Assembly: GCA_964554105.1 (NCBI GenBank)
Contig: CAZKNF010000004.1
Coordinates: 38,195 to 102,194, forward strand
Source of the DNA: an uncultured Rhodothermales bacterium
GTDB lineage: Bacteria > Bacteroidota > Rhodothermia > Rhodothermales > VXPQ01
Direction: 5' to 3'
Length of the DNA stretch: 64,000 bases
Shown here: positions 28,499 to 38,200 of the stretch, piece by piece
How the letters are laid out: every line of letters begins with the position of its first letter
How positions within the stretch are numbered: position 1 is the first letter of the stretch
Notes under the pieces: generated by a model
What the model was told of the DNA's origin: nothing
Seen by the model: the letters and a program-made list of their open reading frames with translations, nothing else
Databases searched by the model: none
Translations under genes and position numbers: made by a program

Positions 28499-28776
28499 GA
28501 CATGGGCAGTCCCCGCGTGTACGAATTCACCTTAGCGAAGTTACAGCCGTCGCTGAACGGAGATTCATCTCGCGACCACTGGGCGCCTGTAACATAAATT
28601 CGCTTTTTCAGTAGTATGGCAGTTAGTTCGTCCGCGCCGGCTTCGGCCTGGCAGGAACGCACTTCAACTTGGCGAAAAACCGGTGTGCGCCTGGGTTCAG
28701 ATCCGGAGGGGAGCATCACGGCTCTTACGATGTATCCGTGGTTTATCAGCCGTTTGGCAGGCCGTTTACGGTAAGC

Positions 28777-31020
28777 ATGTTCTCGCATCTCATCGCTAGA
28801 TCACCACATGGACCGGCGTCGTCCCTGCTAAGCAGCCGGGCCCGCCGCATCGCCGTGGCTGTTGGCGCAGGGCTGAGCTACGTGGTTGCGGTGGCGCTAA
28901 ATTTAATACAGTGGCAATCCGGCCTACCTTTGTCGCTCTGGGGCAATGCAGCGTACGAGATCGTCGTCATATTTGGCTTTCTTCTGCTGTGGCTCCTCAT
29001 CTCCCATGCCTTTCGCCAACGGCAAATCGCGCCGTTGAAGATATTCTGGACCACGCTTGTCGTTGGTATTCTGCTGATTCTGTTTGCCCGCCTTGTGGTA
29101 GGTATGGCCGAGCCGCAGGGAGTCGAGATCAATCCCAGTACACTTGGATTTGAGTATGGCACAGGCGTCCCGCTCACGCTGGCAACCGTAGTTAAGATGA
29201 GCCTGCTCAGCCTTCTCAAGGCTGCCTTCGCGTTCTTCCTGCTCCTCCGCTTTCGCGATCTTGTACTCTACAAGCGGACCCGGCGCAGCCTGCGCAACTG
29301 GTACCTTATGATTGGTCTCATGGCGGCTGGAGCGTTGTCCGCGTTCTTTAAAGATCCGGCGACCGACAGCAGTGCATTTCAGATTATCGCTCTGGCGCCG
29401 GCCGGCATCCTGATGACGATCAATGCATTCCGCGTTTCGTGGATCGTCTTCCTTTCATTCAGAGAGAAGGCGGCGGGAATCGGATTGTCGATTCTTCTCA
29501 TGGGAGTCCTCGGCGTCGCACTCGGCTCCGATGAGACGCTGCCGGGCCTCGAGGCGTACGTTCGGCATTACAGCTATCCGCTGGAGCTCTTCACGGATCT
29601 CGCCATCGGTTTCGGGATGCTGTACTGCGTGACATCGTTCCTTTTCCTGCTGTTTCACCTGCCGACCACGAGTGACTTCCAGAGGAAAGCCGGCGAGGTA
29701 ACTGCGATGCACGGACTCACGAATCTCGTGAGTCAGGTATTCGATTCCGACAAGCTTTTCTTCACGATCACGGCGACACCGGTCGAAGCCGGGAATGCGG
29801 AAAAGGCGTGGCTGGCGGTCGCCGATCCGAGAAGTGGATCCCTCAAGCCCAGAATTGCCTCCTCATTTAATATTACCAGGGCGAAGATCGCGGAGTGCGT
29901 CGACCTGGCCGCCCTGTATGAGGATCTCGATAGCAGGCGCGAGCCTGTCTTGATAAACGAGGCACCGGCCGATCATCGCTTCCAGGCTCGTGCCGGCGAC
30001 GATCTTGGGAGCCTGCTGATGGTCCCGCTCATCGCGCGCAATGAAATGCTCGGGGGCCTCTTCGTCACTCGCGATGTGACCCACGGATTCGAGAAGGACG
30101 ATATCGAAACGATCAGCGTCTATGCCGCCCAGGCCGCGATCGCCATCGAAAATGCACAATTGTTTGAGGAGCGCGTCGAAAAGGAACGGCTTTCACGAGA
30201 GCTCGATATCGCTCGAGAAGTGCAGCGAAAGTTGCTCCCGCAGAACGTTCCGGTTGTCAGCGGACTCACAATCGCGGCGTCGAGCGCATCGGCCCTCGAA
30301 GTCGGAGGGGACTACTATGATTTCCTTCAGCTCGACGAAAACCGCCTGGCCTTCATTATCGCCGACGTTTCGGGTAAAGGCACGTCTGCAGCATTTTACA
30401 TGGCTGAGCTGCAGGGAATTTTCAGATCCGTCAGCAGACTCACGTCTTCTCCAGTGGAATTCCTCGATCATGCGAACAGGGCGCTTGCATCCGCTCTCGA
30501 ACGCCACGTTTTCGTTTCGGTGATCTACGGGATTGTCAACGTAGAGGAAGAAACGCTGGTGATCGCGCGCGGCGGCCACTGTCCCGCTGCCATGATCAAT
30601 CTGGACGGCGAGGCTCGGTTCATCCGTACGCAGGGTCTTGGGCTCGGCCTCGACAGAAGCGATCTCTTTAGGCAATCGCTTGTCGAGGAGAGGATTAACC
30701 TAGAACCCGGCGATGTTTTCGTACTTTATACGGACGGCGTAGTCGAGAGCCGGGACGCCGAAGGAACGGAATACGGATACGACCGGCTGTTGAACTCGCT
30801 GCGTGAGGTCCGGCACGAAGACGCGCCGGAGCTTCATAAATCGCTGTTGTCAGACCTTAATGAATTTCTCGACGAGACCGATTATGATGATGATCTTTCA
30901 CTCGTCGTATTGAAGTGGCACGGAATTGCGGTACCTGGTGTTGTCACCGGCCGCTCCGAGTCGACGGAAACACGTTCCATACCCTCCGAAAGTATCGAAC
31001 AGGAAGTGCAAACCGATTAA
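28777..31020 (+). CDS. Membrane-bound GAF-domain PP2C (SpoIIE/RsbU-type) serine phosphatase
   Basis: Roughly 8 TM helices, then a GAF-like region (LLMVPLIARNEMLGGLFVTRD), then PP2C motifs (REVQRKLLP, GGDYYDF, IADVSGKGTSAA, LYTDGVVE). I chose the ATG at 28777. The ORF track begins at 28669. Confidence 0.85.
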   Translation: MFSHLIARSPHGPASSLLSSRARRIAVAVGAGLSYVVAVALNLIQWQSGLPLSLWGNAAYEIVVIFGFLLLWLLISHAFRQRQIAPLKIFWTTLVVGILLILFARLVVGMAEPQGVEINPSTLGFEYGTGVPLTLATVVKMSLLSLLKAAFAFFLLLRFRDLVLYKRTRRSLRNWYLMIGLMAAGALSAFFKDPATDSSAFQIIALAPAGILMTINAFRVSWIVFLSFREKAAGIGLSILLMGVLGVALGSDETLPGLEAYVRHYSYPLELFTDLAIGFGMLYCVTSFLFLLFHLPTTSDFQRKAGEVTAMHGLTNLVSQVFDSDKLFFTITATPVEAGNAEKAWLAVADPRSGSLKPRIASSFNITRAKIAECVDLAALYEDLDSRREPVLINEAPADHRFQARAGDDLGSLLMVPLIARNEMLGGLFVTRDVTHGFEKDDIETISVYAAQAAIAIENAQLFEERVEKERLSRELDIAREVQRKLLPQNVPVVSGLTIAASSASALEVGGDYYDFLQLDENRLAFIIADVSGKGTSAAFYMAELQGIFRSVSRLTSSPVEFLDHANRALASALERHVFVSVIYGIVNVEEETLVIARGGHCPAAMINLDGEARFIRTQGLGLGLDRSDLFRQSLVEERINLEPGDVFVLYTDGVVESRDAEGTEYGYDRLLNSLREVRHEDAPELHKSLLSDLNEFLDETDYDDDLSLVVLKWHGIAVPGVVTGRSESTETRSIPSESIEQEVQTD

Positions 31021-31035
31021 GAATAGAACTGAGAC

Positions 31036-31395
31036 ATGAGCAATTTTTCTGTTGGTTTTCGCACCAGCGATGAGATTCAGATACTCGATCTGAAAGGCGA
31101 GCTCGACGCGCATACGGCCTCCGAGCTCGAAGCAGCCTTACAGAAATGCCAGGATGATTCTCACGTTCTGATCGTTGTGAACGGCGAAAACCTCCAATAC
31201 ATCTCGAGCGCGGGGCTCGGGGTATTCATGGCATACATCGAAGAAGTCCGATCTCAGGGCGGGGACATTAAAATCGCCGCGCTGCAACCAAAAGTATTCA
31301 ATGTTTTCGACTTACTCGGTTTTCCGATGTTGTTTGACATCGTGAAGACGGAAGAAGAGGCGGTACACAAGTTCGAGAGCGCGAACGAGGCATAG
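31036..31395 (+). CDS. STAS-domain anti-sigma-factor antagonist (RsbV/SpoIIAA-like)
   Basis: 119 aa. The segment LQYISSAGLGVF carries the conserved phosphorylatable Ser context. Confidence 0.85.
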   Translation: MSNFSVGFRTSDEIQILDLKGELDAHTASELEAALQKCQDDSHVLIVVNGENLQYISSAGLGVFMAYIEEVRSQGGDIKIAALQPKVFNVFDLLGFPMLFDIVKTEEEAVHKFESANEA

Positions 31396-31437
31396 TTCGT
31401 CGCTGCTGCAGTCTATCCATAGCCACACCGTCGAATC

Positions 31438-31863
31438 GTGTCGCGATCCGTTCACACACTCAGCATCCCCAGCTCAACAAGCCACCTGGCAGAGGTGAGG
31501 CGATTTGTTGCGGAGTACGCCCGTGAGGCGGAATTCCCGGATACGACAATCGAGAAATTCAAGATTGCCGTAGATGAGGCGTGTACGAACATCATCAAAC
31601 ACGCCTACAAGGGGGATACTACGCATACGATCGATCTCGCCGTTATTATCGAAGACGAGCGCTTCATCGTTCGCATCCGTGACGAAGGACGTGCATTCGA
31701 CGCACAGAAGTACACCGAACCCGACATTTTTCACCTTGCGGAGGATCGGAGGGCCGGCGGCTTCGGCGTTCAGATCATGCGTCGACTCATGGATCTCGTC
31801 GAATACCGCACCAGTGGCACGGTTAACGAGGTGACCCTCGTGAAGCTGAGGAATGGTACATGA
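31438..31863 (+). CDS. Anti-sigma regulatory factor Ser/Thr kinase (RsbW/SpoIIAB-like, HATPase_c)
   Basis: Motifs VDEACTNIIKHAY (N-box) and GGFGVQIMRRLMD (G-box). GTG start. Confidence 0.8.
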   Translation: MSRSVHTLSIPSSTSHLAEVRRFVAEYAREAEFPDTTIEKFKIAVDEACTNIIKHAYKGDTTHTIDLAVIIEDERFIVRIRDEGRAFDAQKYTEPDIFHLAEDRRAGGFGVQIMRRLMDLVEYRTSGTVNEVTLVKLRNGT

Positions 31864-31900
31864 GAGGCGGGTGAGCGAACAGACATGACGTATGTCGCAG

Positions 31901-32656
31901 TCAGCTCTTTTTAGGTGCCGCACCCCGTTTAGCCGGTTTGCGTGCCGAGTACAGCGACGCAATCCCGAACGTTAAGGGCAGCGTTTCCACATCCACGTAC
32001 CCTGATCCATGCAGGCGATCTAAAAACTGCTCGCCGGACGGAAACACATCGACAGAGGCGGGCAGGTATCGGTACGCATCCTCATTCTTTGATACGAGGC
32101 GTCCGACCACGGGCAGGACGACGTGCGAATAGAATCGGTATAAATGGTTGATAGGAAAAGCATGCGGCTGGCTGAATTCTAGTATCACCAGTCGCCCCCC
32201 TGGGGCCAGGACCCTTCGTATCTCCCGAAGGCCGCGCTCAAGATCTTCGAAATTCCGGACACCGAACGCCACGAGTGCGGCGTCGAACTGAGAATCCGAA
32301 AACGGAAGTTTCTCCGCGTCGCCAACCTGCAGCGTGATACGATCGCCGAGGTCACGCTCCTCAATCTTCTTACGACCCCGCGCCAGCATCTCCTCCGAAA
32401 TATCGACGCCGACGATCTTCGCGGGATCGACATCCAGTGCCTTGATGGCGAGATCGCCGGTGCCGGTGGCCACGTCCAGAATCCGACGAGGACTGTCCTC
32501 TTTGAGCAGTTCAACTGCTTTCTGCCGCCATTGCTGATCGATGCCGAAGCTGAGCATTCGATTCAGCAAATCGTATCGCGGCGCAATGTCGTCAAACATT
32601 GCCGCGACCGCTTCCTTCTTCCCGGGCGCCTCCCCGGCTGGGGGCTGTGTGCTCAT
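31901..32656 (-). CDS. ubiE: Demethylmenaquinone/ubiquinone C-methyltransferase
   Basis: Motifs MFDDIAPRYDLLNRMLSFGIDQQWR and ILDVATGTGDLA. Confidence 0.9.
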   Translation of the reverse strand: MSTQPPAGEAPGKKEAVAAMFDDIAPRYDLLNRMLSFGIDQQWRQKAVELLKEDSPRRILDVATGTGDLAIKALDVDPAKIVGVDISEEMLARGRKKIEERDLGDRITLQVGDAEKLPFSDSQFDAALVAFGVRNFEDLERGLREIRRVLAPGGRLVILEFSQPHAFPINHLYRFYSHVVLPVVGRLVSKNEDAYRYLPASVDVFPSGEQFLDRLHGSGYVDVETLPLTFGIASLYSARKPAKRGAAPKKS

Positions 32657-32661
32657 GGTAA

Positions 32662-33645
32662 TTAGCTCAGGAGCTGGGTGAGCCGAAGCAGTTCATAGTT
32701 GATATTTTTTTTGCGGCTCCAGACGTTTCGAAGCGGCGTGAGCTTTGTCTCGTTGTTGACGAGTCCGACCATCACGTTCTCGTGGCCCGCGATCAGCGCC
32801 TCGACTGCAGAGGACCCTAGGCGGCTCGCCAGAACGCGGTCTCTGGCAGTCGGCGAACCACCGCGCTGCGTGTGCCCCAGTATGCATATTCGCAGATCTA
32901 TCTGGCCAAACGCCTCATCCGCGCGAAGCGCCGCTTCGATCGTCTGGGCACCGCCGTGCTCGTCGCCTTCAGCCACAACGACAATCGACGACCGCGACTG
33001 AGCCGTCATTAACGAAAGGATGCGCGCCTTGATGTCCTCCATCTCAGTAAACGTCTCGGGGACAAGGACGAGCTCGGCGCCGCCGCCAATGCCGCAATTA
33101 AGAGCGATGAAGCCCGCATCGCGACCCATGACTTCAACCAGAAAAAGTCGATCATGCGCGTCGGCCGTATCACGGATCCGATCTATATTTTCTATTGCCG
33201 TGTTCAGCGCTGTGTCGTAGCCTATTGTCTCGTCGGTGCCGAACAGATCGTTGTCGATTGTACCAGGGCAGCCGACGGTAGCCACGGAATGCTCATCATA
33301 TAAAATTGCCGCTCCGCGGAACGTGCCGTCGCCGCCAATACCGACCAGACCATCGATGCCGGCCTCCTGAAGTGCCTCCGCGGCCTTCTGCCTGCCCTCC
33401 GGTGTCCGAAACTCGTCGGAACGCGCACTCTTGAGGATCGTGCCGCCTTTCTGGAGGATGTTCGAGACAGATCGCCCGTCCATTTCCACGTAATCGCCAT
33501 CGATCATCCCGGCGAAGCCGCGTCGAATACCGATTACTTCGAGATCATGGGCTAGACAGGCCCTAACGGCCGCTCGGACGCACGCATTCATGCCCGGCGC
33601 ATCGCCGCCACTCGTGAAAACGCCGATTCTTCTCGGATTGACCAT
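32662..33645 (-). CDS. pfkA: ATP-dependent 6-phosphofructokinase
   Basis: Motifs RIGVFTSGGDAPGMN, GIGGDGT, PGTIDND and MGR. I chose the start at MVNPRR (33645). The ORF track begins at 33699. Confidence 0.9.
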   Translation of the reverse strand: MVNPRRIGVFTSGGDAPGMNACVRAAVRACLAHDLEVIGIRRGFAGMIDGDYVEMDGRSVSNILQKGGTILKSARSDEFRTPEGRQKAAEALQEAGIDGLVGIGGDGTFRGAAILYDEHSVATVGCPGTIDNDLFGTDETIGYDTALNTAIENIDRIRDTADAHDRLFLVEVMGRDAGFIALNCGIGGGAELVLVPETFTEMEDIKARILSLMTAQSRSSIVVVAEGDEHGGAQTIEAALRADEAFGQIDLRICILGHTQRGGSPTARDRVLASRLGSSAVEALIAGHENVMVGLVNNETKLTPLRNVWSRKKNINYELLRLTQLLS

Positions 33646-33695
33646 CTTGTAGCCCATCTGCCGGTGACCGCCGGGAAAAACCGAGTGTTCGATAC

Positions 33696-34628
33696 TCACG
33701 AGGAACTCGGCTCCAGTGGTCTTGCCACAATGATACCAATGGTAGCTCCGACACCCTGCACATAGGATTGAAGATCCGGCGAAACTTTGACGCCTTCGCT
33801 AGTGGATGCATGAAGAAGTCCCATCGTGCCGTCTTCATTGGCGTAGGCAAGCCCAGTGTGGGTCACGTCGAGTCCCTCAATGTGCGTGGCCGTCGCGATG
33901 ATGTCGCCGTCCCTGAGTTCATCGTAACTATCGGCGATTCGGTCCTGCGGAATGTAGAATAGCTCCATGTCTCGAAGGCGATCTTCGCTTTCCTGGATGC
34001 ACTGAAACAAACTGTCATCTGCAGCAAAGCGGGGATAACTCTCACGATTATCCGACATGAAAGATATCTCCTTGTCGTACTCCGCGCCGCCGATCTCTTC
34101 AGTGATGTTTTCGACAGTACCTCTGCGTTCGTTGTCGGCGATCCACTCAGTAAAGTAGTGGAGCCGACTGCAGTAGCCCTCCATCTGGCCAGCTCGATAG
34201 CGCTGTTCCCGGATGAGATTCGCATACGTCGAGTAGTCGTAGTCGTGCATTTTCACGGCCCGCGCCAGCGCAAGTGTCGCCTCGACGAATGTCACACAGT
34301 CAAACGCGTCGAGCCGGCAGATCAGCGTCTCTTCGTCCGGCTCGTCGAGCAAACCTGCCGCGTACGGCGAGTCAGCAAAGCGCTCTCCTAGGGCGGTCAT
34401 GATCTCTCCCATCGGCCGCTCATCGAGATCATTCGCTCGCGCATAGTCCATCGTCTCATCGAAAAGTCGCAGCGTCATGGAGTCCGGCGCAGGCACCGGC
34501 TGATCCAGCGACGAGAGTTCTCCGTCTGTCGTCGATTGCAGCGCCCCGTCCGACTGATCTATATCCTGCCCGTTGCACCCGGATGTCACCAGCAGCACGA
34601 GACCGACCAATATCAACAGCTGTTTCAT
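33696..34628 (-). CDS. DUF1460-like lipoprotein (amidase-like fold family)
   Basis: Lipobox LLVTSGCNG. The segment SPYAAGLLDEPDEETLICRLDAFDCVTFVEATLALA resembles the DUF1460 core. The start is at MKQLL (34628). Confidence 0.55.
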   Translation of the reverse strand: MKQLLILVGLVLLVTSGCNGQDIDQSDGALQSTTDGELSSLDQPVPAPDSMTLRLFDETMDYARANDLDERPMGEIMTALGERFADSPYAAGLLDEPDEETLICRLDAFDCVTFVEATLALARAVKMHDYDYSTYANLIREQRYRAGQMEGYCSRLHYFTEWIADNERRGTVENITEEIGGAEYDKEISFMSDNRESYPRFAADDSLFQCIQESEDRLRDMELFYIPQDRIADSYDELRDGDIIATATHIEGLDVTHTGLAYANEDGTMGLLHASTSEGVKVSPDLQSYVQGVGATIGIIVARPLEPSSS

Positions 34629-34663
34629 TATACTCCCCATAAATGAACGATCGTTCTGCACGG

Positions 34664-35275
34664 CTAAACTTCCCTCGTCCCGGTATATTCCCCATCTTGC
34701 CACCAGGCCGCTTCCTTCGCCACTGCCTCCTCCAGAAGCTTAATGTACTTCTCGCGAGAAATCTGCTTGAGGCCGAACTGCTCCAGATGCGGTGTCGCGT
34801 ACTGCGTGTCGAGAAGTACGTAGCCTCCGCGGCGAAGCCGACGAACTAGATGAACGAGCGCCACCTTCGAGGCGTCCGTCTCTCTATGAAACATCGACTC
34901 TCCAAAGAACGCGCCTCCGAGCGCTACACCGTAAAGGCCACCGACAAGGCGGCCGTCGAGCCAACACTCCACACTGTGCGCGAATCCCTGTTCGTTCAAC
35001 TCCGAATAAACTCGAACCAGTTCGTCGGAGATCCACGTCGAATCGCGCTCAGCACAGGCACGGATAACGGCTTTGAAATCCCGGTCGCTTACCACCTCAA
35101 ACGGCTCACGCCTGACGAGTTTCTTCAGATTCCTCGGAACGTGAAAGGTGTCGAGCGGCAGAACCGCACGAGGGTTCGGTGAATACCAGTAAATCTCGTT
35201 GTCGTCATCAGGGTGCGCCATCGGGAAGACGCCGATCCGATATGCGTACAAAACCACTTCCGGTGTGAGTCGCAT
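34664..35275 (-). CDS. aat: Leucyl/phenylalanyl-tRNA--protein transferase
   Basis: Motifs AYRIGVFPM, WYSPNPRAVL and FFGESMFH. I chose the start at MRLTPE. The ORF track begins at 35314. Confidence 0.85.
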   Translation of the reverse strand: MRLTPEVVLYAYRIGVFPMAHPDDDNEIYWYSPNPRAVLPLDTFHVPRNLKKLVRREPFEVVSDRDFKAVIRACAERDSTWISDELVRVYSELNEQGFAHSVECWLDGRLVGGLYGVALGGAFFGESMFHRETDASKVALVHLVRRLRRGGYVLLDTQYATPHLEQFGLKQISREKYIKLLEEAVAKEAAWWQDGEYTGTREV

Positions 35276-35376
35276 CACGTCACGATTCATCAATTCCAAG
35301 GCACCACGTCTCAATTCTCACGCTCTACGGCCACTTTGTATCTTGCACTCTCTCATTCGATCCAGGACGCAGAATT

Positions 35377-35895
35377 ATGGGCGCGCAAAGACGGCGGAAG
35401 AAGTACCACGCAGTCGTAGGTGGCCGCACGATCGAGGTCGAAATCGGTGACGACGATGTAGTCATAGATGGTGCGACCCACTCGTTCAGCGCTGGCCGCA
35501 TCTCGAGTTCTCACTTCTCGCTCATCATCGACGGACGCAGTGTTCCCGCCCTCGTCTATTCGACAGAGAATGGAAACTACGCCGTGCATGTGGGCGGCTT
35601 TGAATTCGAAGTTGTCTTGAAGGATGAGAAGGATTTGCTCCTCGAACAGTTTGGATTCGTTGATGCGGCAGCAGGAGGATTGCGGGAGATCCGAGCACCC
35701 ATGCCGGGCCTCGTGCTGTCCCTACTCATAGAGCCGGGCCAGGTAGTAAAGCCGGGAGACGGCCTGGTCGTTCTCGAAGCAATGAAGATGGAGAATGAGC
35801 TGCGCGCCGAGGTCGAAGGCATCGTCAAAACAGTTCACGTCGAGCAAGGGGATGCCGTCGGAAAGAACGACCTGCTGATGGAGATTGAAGCCTGA
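35377..35895 (+). CDS. Biotin/lipoyl-attachment domain protein (biotin carboxyl carrier type)
   Basis: The C-terminal sequence VLEAMKMENELRAEVEGIVKTVHV contains the biotinylation motif AMKM. Confidence 0.75.
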   Translation: MGAQRRRKKYHAVVGGRTIEVEIGDDDVVIDGATHSFSAGRISSSHFSLIIDGRSVPALVYSTENGNYAVHVGGFEFEVVLKDEKDLLLEQFGFVDAAAGGLREIRAPMPGLVLSLLIEPGQVVKPGDGLVVLEAMKMENELRAEVEGIVKTVHVEQGDAVGKNDLLMEIEA

Positions 35896-36890
35896 TGTCG
35901 AAGATATTCGTAACCGGGGCCACCGGTCTGCTAGGATCCACTCTCACGCGGCTCCTGGTCAGATCCGGCGAAGATGTCCGAATTTTTCGTAGAGTTTCGT
36001 CCAGACTCGATCTGATCGAAGACGTCTCCCGATCCGTGGAGCACGTAGTGGGTGATCTGAACGATGCCGTCGCGTTGCGGGAAGCCATGAGCGGTGTCGA
36101 TCGCGTCTATCATGTTGCCGCACAGGTAGGAATCGGCGGCCCGGCCGACAGAATTCGGATGATGCGAGTTAACGTCGACGGCACTGCATCTGTCGCGAAT
36201 GCCGCGCTTGAAAGCGGGGTCGAGCGCCTCGTTCATACATCCAGCATGGCTGCTTTCGGACGACCTGAGAAGCCGGATGCTGTGATCGACGAGGATGCCG
36301 AATGGAGGCGATCGAAGGCTAACTCTGTTTACGCACAATCGAAACACCTGTCCGAACTGGAGATTCACCGTGCAGTTGCCGAGGGCCTCGATGCCGTAAT
36401 CGTCAACCCGGCGCTTATTTTCGGACTGGGCCGCGAAGGGCAGAATACACGGCGAATCGTGGACCGCGTCAGAACTGGCCGTCTGCTGGCAATACCGGCC
36501 GGAGGTACCAATGTTGTCGACGTGCTCGACGTAGCAGAGGGAATGATCCGGGCTATGGACCGCGGCGCCACAGGCGCTCGCTATTTTCTGGGCAGCGAAA
36601 ATCTATCGTGGATGCGGATCATTCACACACTTGCGGACGCGTTCGGAAGCCGACCACCGCGATGGATTCTCTCGCGATCGCCGGCAGTGGCGCTCGGCTA
36701 CTTCTCAGAAGCAGTGTCCACGATCACTCGCACAAGACCCTTCATCACGCGAGCGCATGCCCGAAGCATGTCCAGATTTTACGAGTACAGCAACCGGATG
36801 GCCGTCGAAGAGCTCGGCTGCTCGTTCAGATCGTTCGAAGCAACGGCCAAGCGCCTGTCGCAGGAATTGACCAGACCAAAGCCGAAATGA
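35895..36890 (+). CDS. NAD-dependent epimerase/dehydratase family SDR
   Basis: Motifs IFVTGATGLLGS and YAQSK (YxxxK). The start overlaps the preceding stop (TGATG). Confidence 0.8.
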   Translation: MSKIFVTGATGLLGSTLTRLLVRSGEDVRIFRRVSSRLDLIEDVSRSVEHVVGDLNDAVALREAMSGVDRVYHVAAQVGIGGPADRIRMMRVNVDGTASVANAALESGVERLVHTSSMAAFGRPEKPDAVIDEDAEWRRSKANSVYAQSKHLSELEIHRAVAEGLDAVIVNPALIFGLGREGQNTRRIVDRVRTGRLLAIPAGGTNVVDVLDVAEGMIRAMDRGATGARYFLGSENLSWMRIIHTLADAFGSRPPRWILSRSPAVALGYFSEAVSTITRTRPFITRAHARSMSRFYEYSNRMAVEELGCSFRSFEATAKRLSQELTRPKPK

Positions 36891-36915
36891 CAGGCGCTCC
36901 TGCAGCACCGCAAAA

Positions 36916-36935
36916 CCGTGCCGTGCCGTGCCGTG
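36916..36935. repeat. Perfect pentanucleotide microsatellite (CCGTG)x4
   Basis: Read directly from the sequence: ccgtgccgtgccgtgccgtg, in the convergent gap between the SDR gene and the M23 peptidase gene. Confidence 0.9.
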
Positions 36936-36943
36936 ACCGATTC

Positions 36944-38200
36944 TCACCAGGTTCGGATTCGATCATCTTCCGGCGCATTGACTCTACGCATAACCGATCG
37001 ATCGCCATCGGATTCGGCTTCCTTGCCGTCGAGATCGGAATTTGTCTGATGACGATCTCCGTCCGACCGGCCAACGCCAGCATCGGCCTGATCGACATTT
37101 TCGGGAGCGCGACGTGAGGCCGCTCGATATACGTCGGTAAAGGGGCGGTCCTCACCAATCAACGTCAGTAAAGCAGCGTAGCGATGACCAGACTTGCTGA
37201 GATAATATCTGTCGCCGCTTCCCGCCAGTCGACCCTTGGTCATGTAGCCGTACGCTGCCGGCGCCTTTGCCGCCATCGTGACCGTAGGCTTGGAAACAGA
37301 CCGTGACGACGGCTCGACCCGCACCGGCAGACCATCCGCCGTAAACGAGATTTCCCAGCTGGAAACGTCGCTCGTAAGCGTCTCGCTACCTTGATCGAGC
37401 CAACCGTAACGGTAGAATAAATCAAGATGACCGTTATTGGGTACGGACACGTTGTAGAAGATCTCGCGGCTCAGTACAAACTGATCGATCGTCAACGCAG
37501 GATCGCGCTGCAGAGACAGGTATAATTCGGAGACATCTAAACCCGCGAGGTTGATGCCATTGTATACGTCGTGTCGATTTGTAGATCGATAATGCCCGTC
37601 AAACCACTCCGAAAACGACTGGTTGAGCATCATATTGATCTCGAAATGCAGATGCGCTCGAGTCTTGTTGAGACCACGCCCTGTATATCCGATGCGTCCA
37701 AGTCTATCACCCTGGGCAACCGTTTCGCCGATCTGCACGTGTACGTCGTTTAGATGAGCGTACAGGCTGTAGAATGGCGATCCGCTCCACCAGTGCTCCA
37801 CCACGACGTACTTCCCGTAGCTCGAATAACCCTCTACTGTATTAATGTGGACGACATAGCCGTCGTCGATCGTACGCACCGTATCGAGAGGCTCACCGCG
37901 CCAGTCGCGGTACACCGGTTTGATGTCGACGCCTTCGTGAAAACGGGTATAGATGATACCCGCCGAAGTATGTCTGGGATTACGTACAAATCCGTACTTC
38001 CCTCCTTGCCACGGCTTCGACCGTACTCCGTTGAACGTTCGATTGGTATACTGATAAAACGAGGGGCCGTCATTTCGTAAAAGCGCGTCATTGCTCGTCG
38101 GCAGAATCAGATCCAGCGGCTGGCTGCTCGCTGGAAATGCAATGATCGATACGACCACGGCTAAGGCGGCTGCCATGGAAAGCGACCTGTGGATCTGCAT
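36944..38200 (-). CDS. M23 family (LytM-type) metallopeptidase, secreted
   Basis: Signal peptide MQIHRSLSMAAALAVVVSIIAFPASS. Motifs HEGVDIKP (HxxxD) and RAHLHFEI (HxH). The ORF track begins at 38254. Confidence 0.8.
   Translation of the reverse strand: MQIHRSLSMAAALAVVVSIIAFPASSQPLDLILPTSNDALLRNDGPSFYQYTNRTFNGVRSKPWQGGKYGFVRNPRHTSAGIIYTRFHEGVDIKPVYRDWRGEPLDTVRTIDDGYVVHINTVEGYSSYGKYVVVEHWWSGSPFYSLYAHLNDVHVQIGETVAQGDRLGRIGYTGRGLNKTRAHLHFEINMMLNQSFSEWFDGHYRSTNRHDVYNGINLAGLDVSELYLSLQRDPALTIDQFVLSREIFYNVSVPNNGHLDLFYRYGWLDQGSETLTSDVSSWEISFTADGLPVRVEPSSRSVSKPTVTMAAKAPAAYGYMTKGRLAGSGDRYYLSKSGHRYAALLTLIGEDRPFTDVYRAASRRAPENVDQADAGVGRSDGDRHQTNSDLDGKEAESDGDRSVMRRVNAPEDDRIRTW

Noticed and set aside
28685-28725. 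The segment cctgggttcagatccggaggggagcatcacgg superficially resembles the conserved SRP (4.5S) RNA domain IV core (CAGGUCAGGUCCGGAAGGAAGCAGCCAAGG).
   Set aside because: The helix flanking the symmetric loop does not pair: C opposite U, and U opposite C, directly after the AGCA element. The conserved 5-prime-side G of AGG is an A. No extended hairpin of SRP-RNA length can be drawn. The segment lies just upstream of the PP2C gene start and is most likely a chance similarity.
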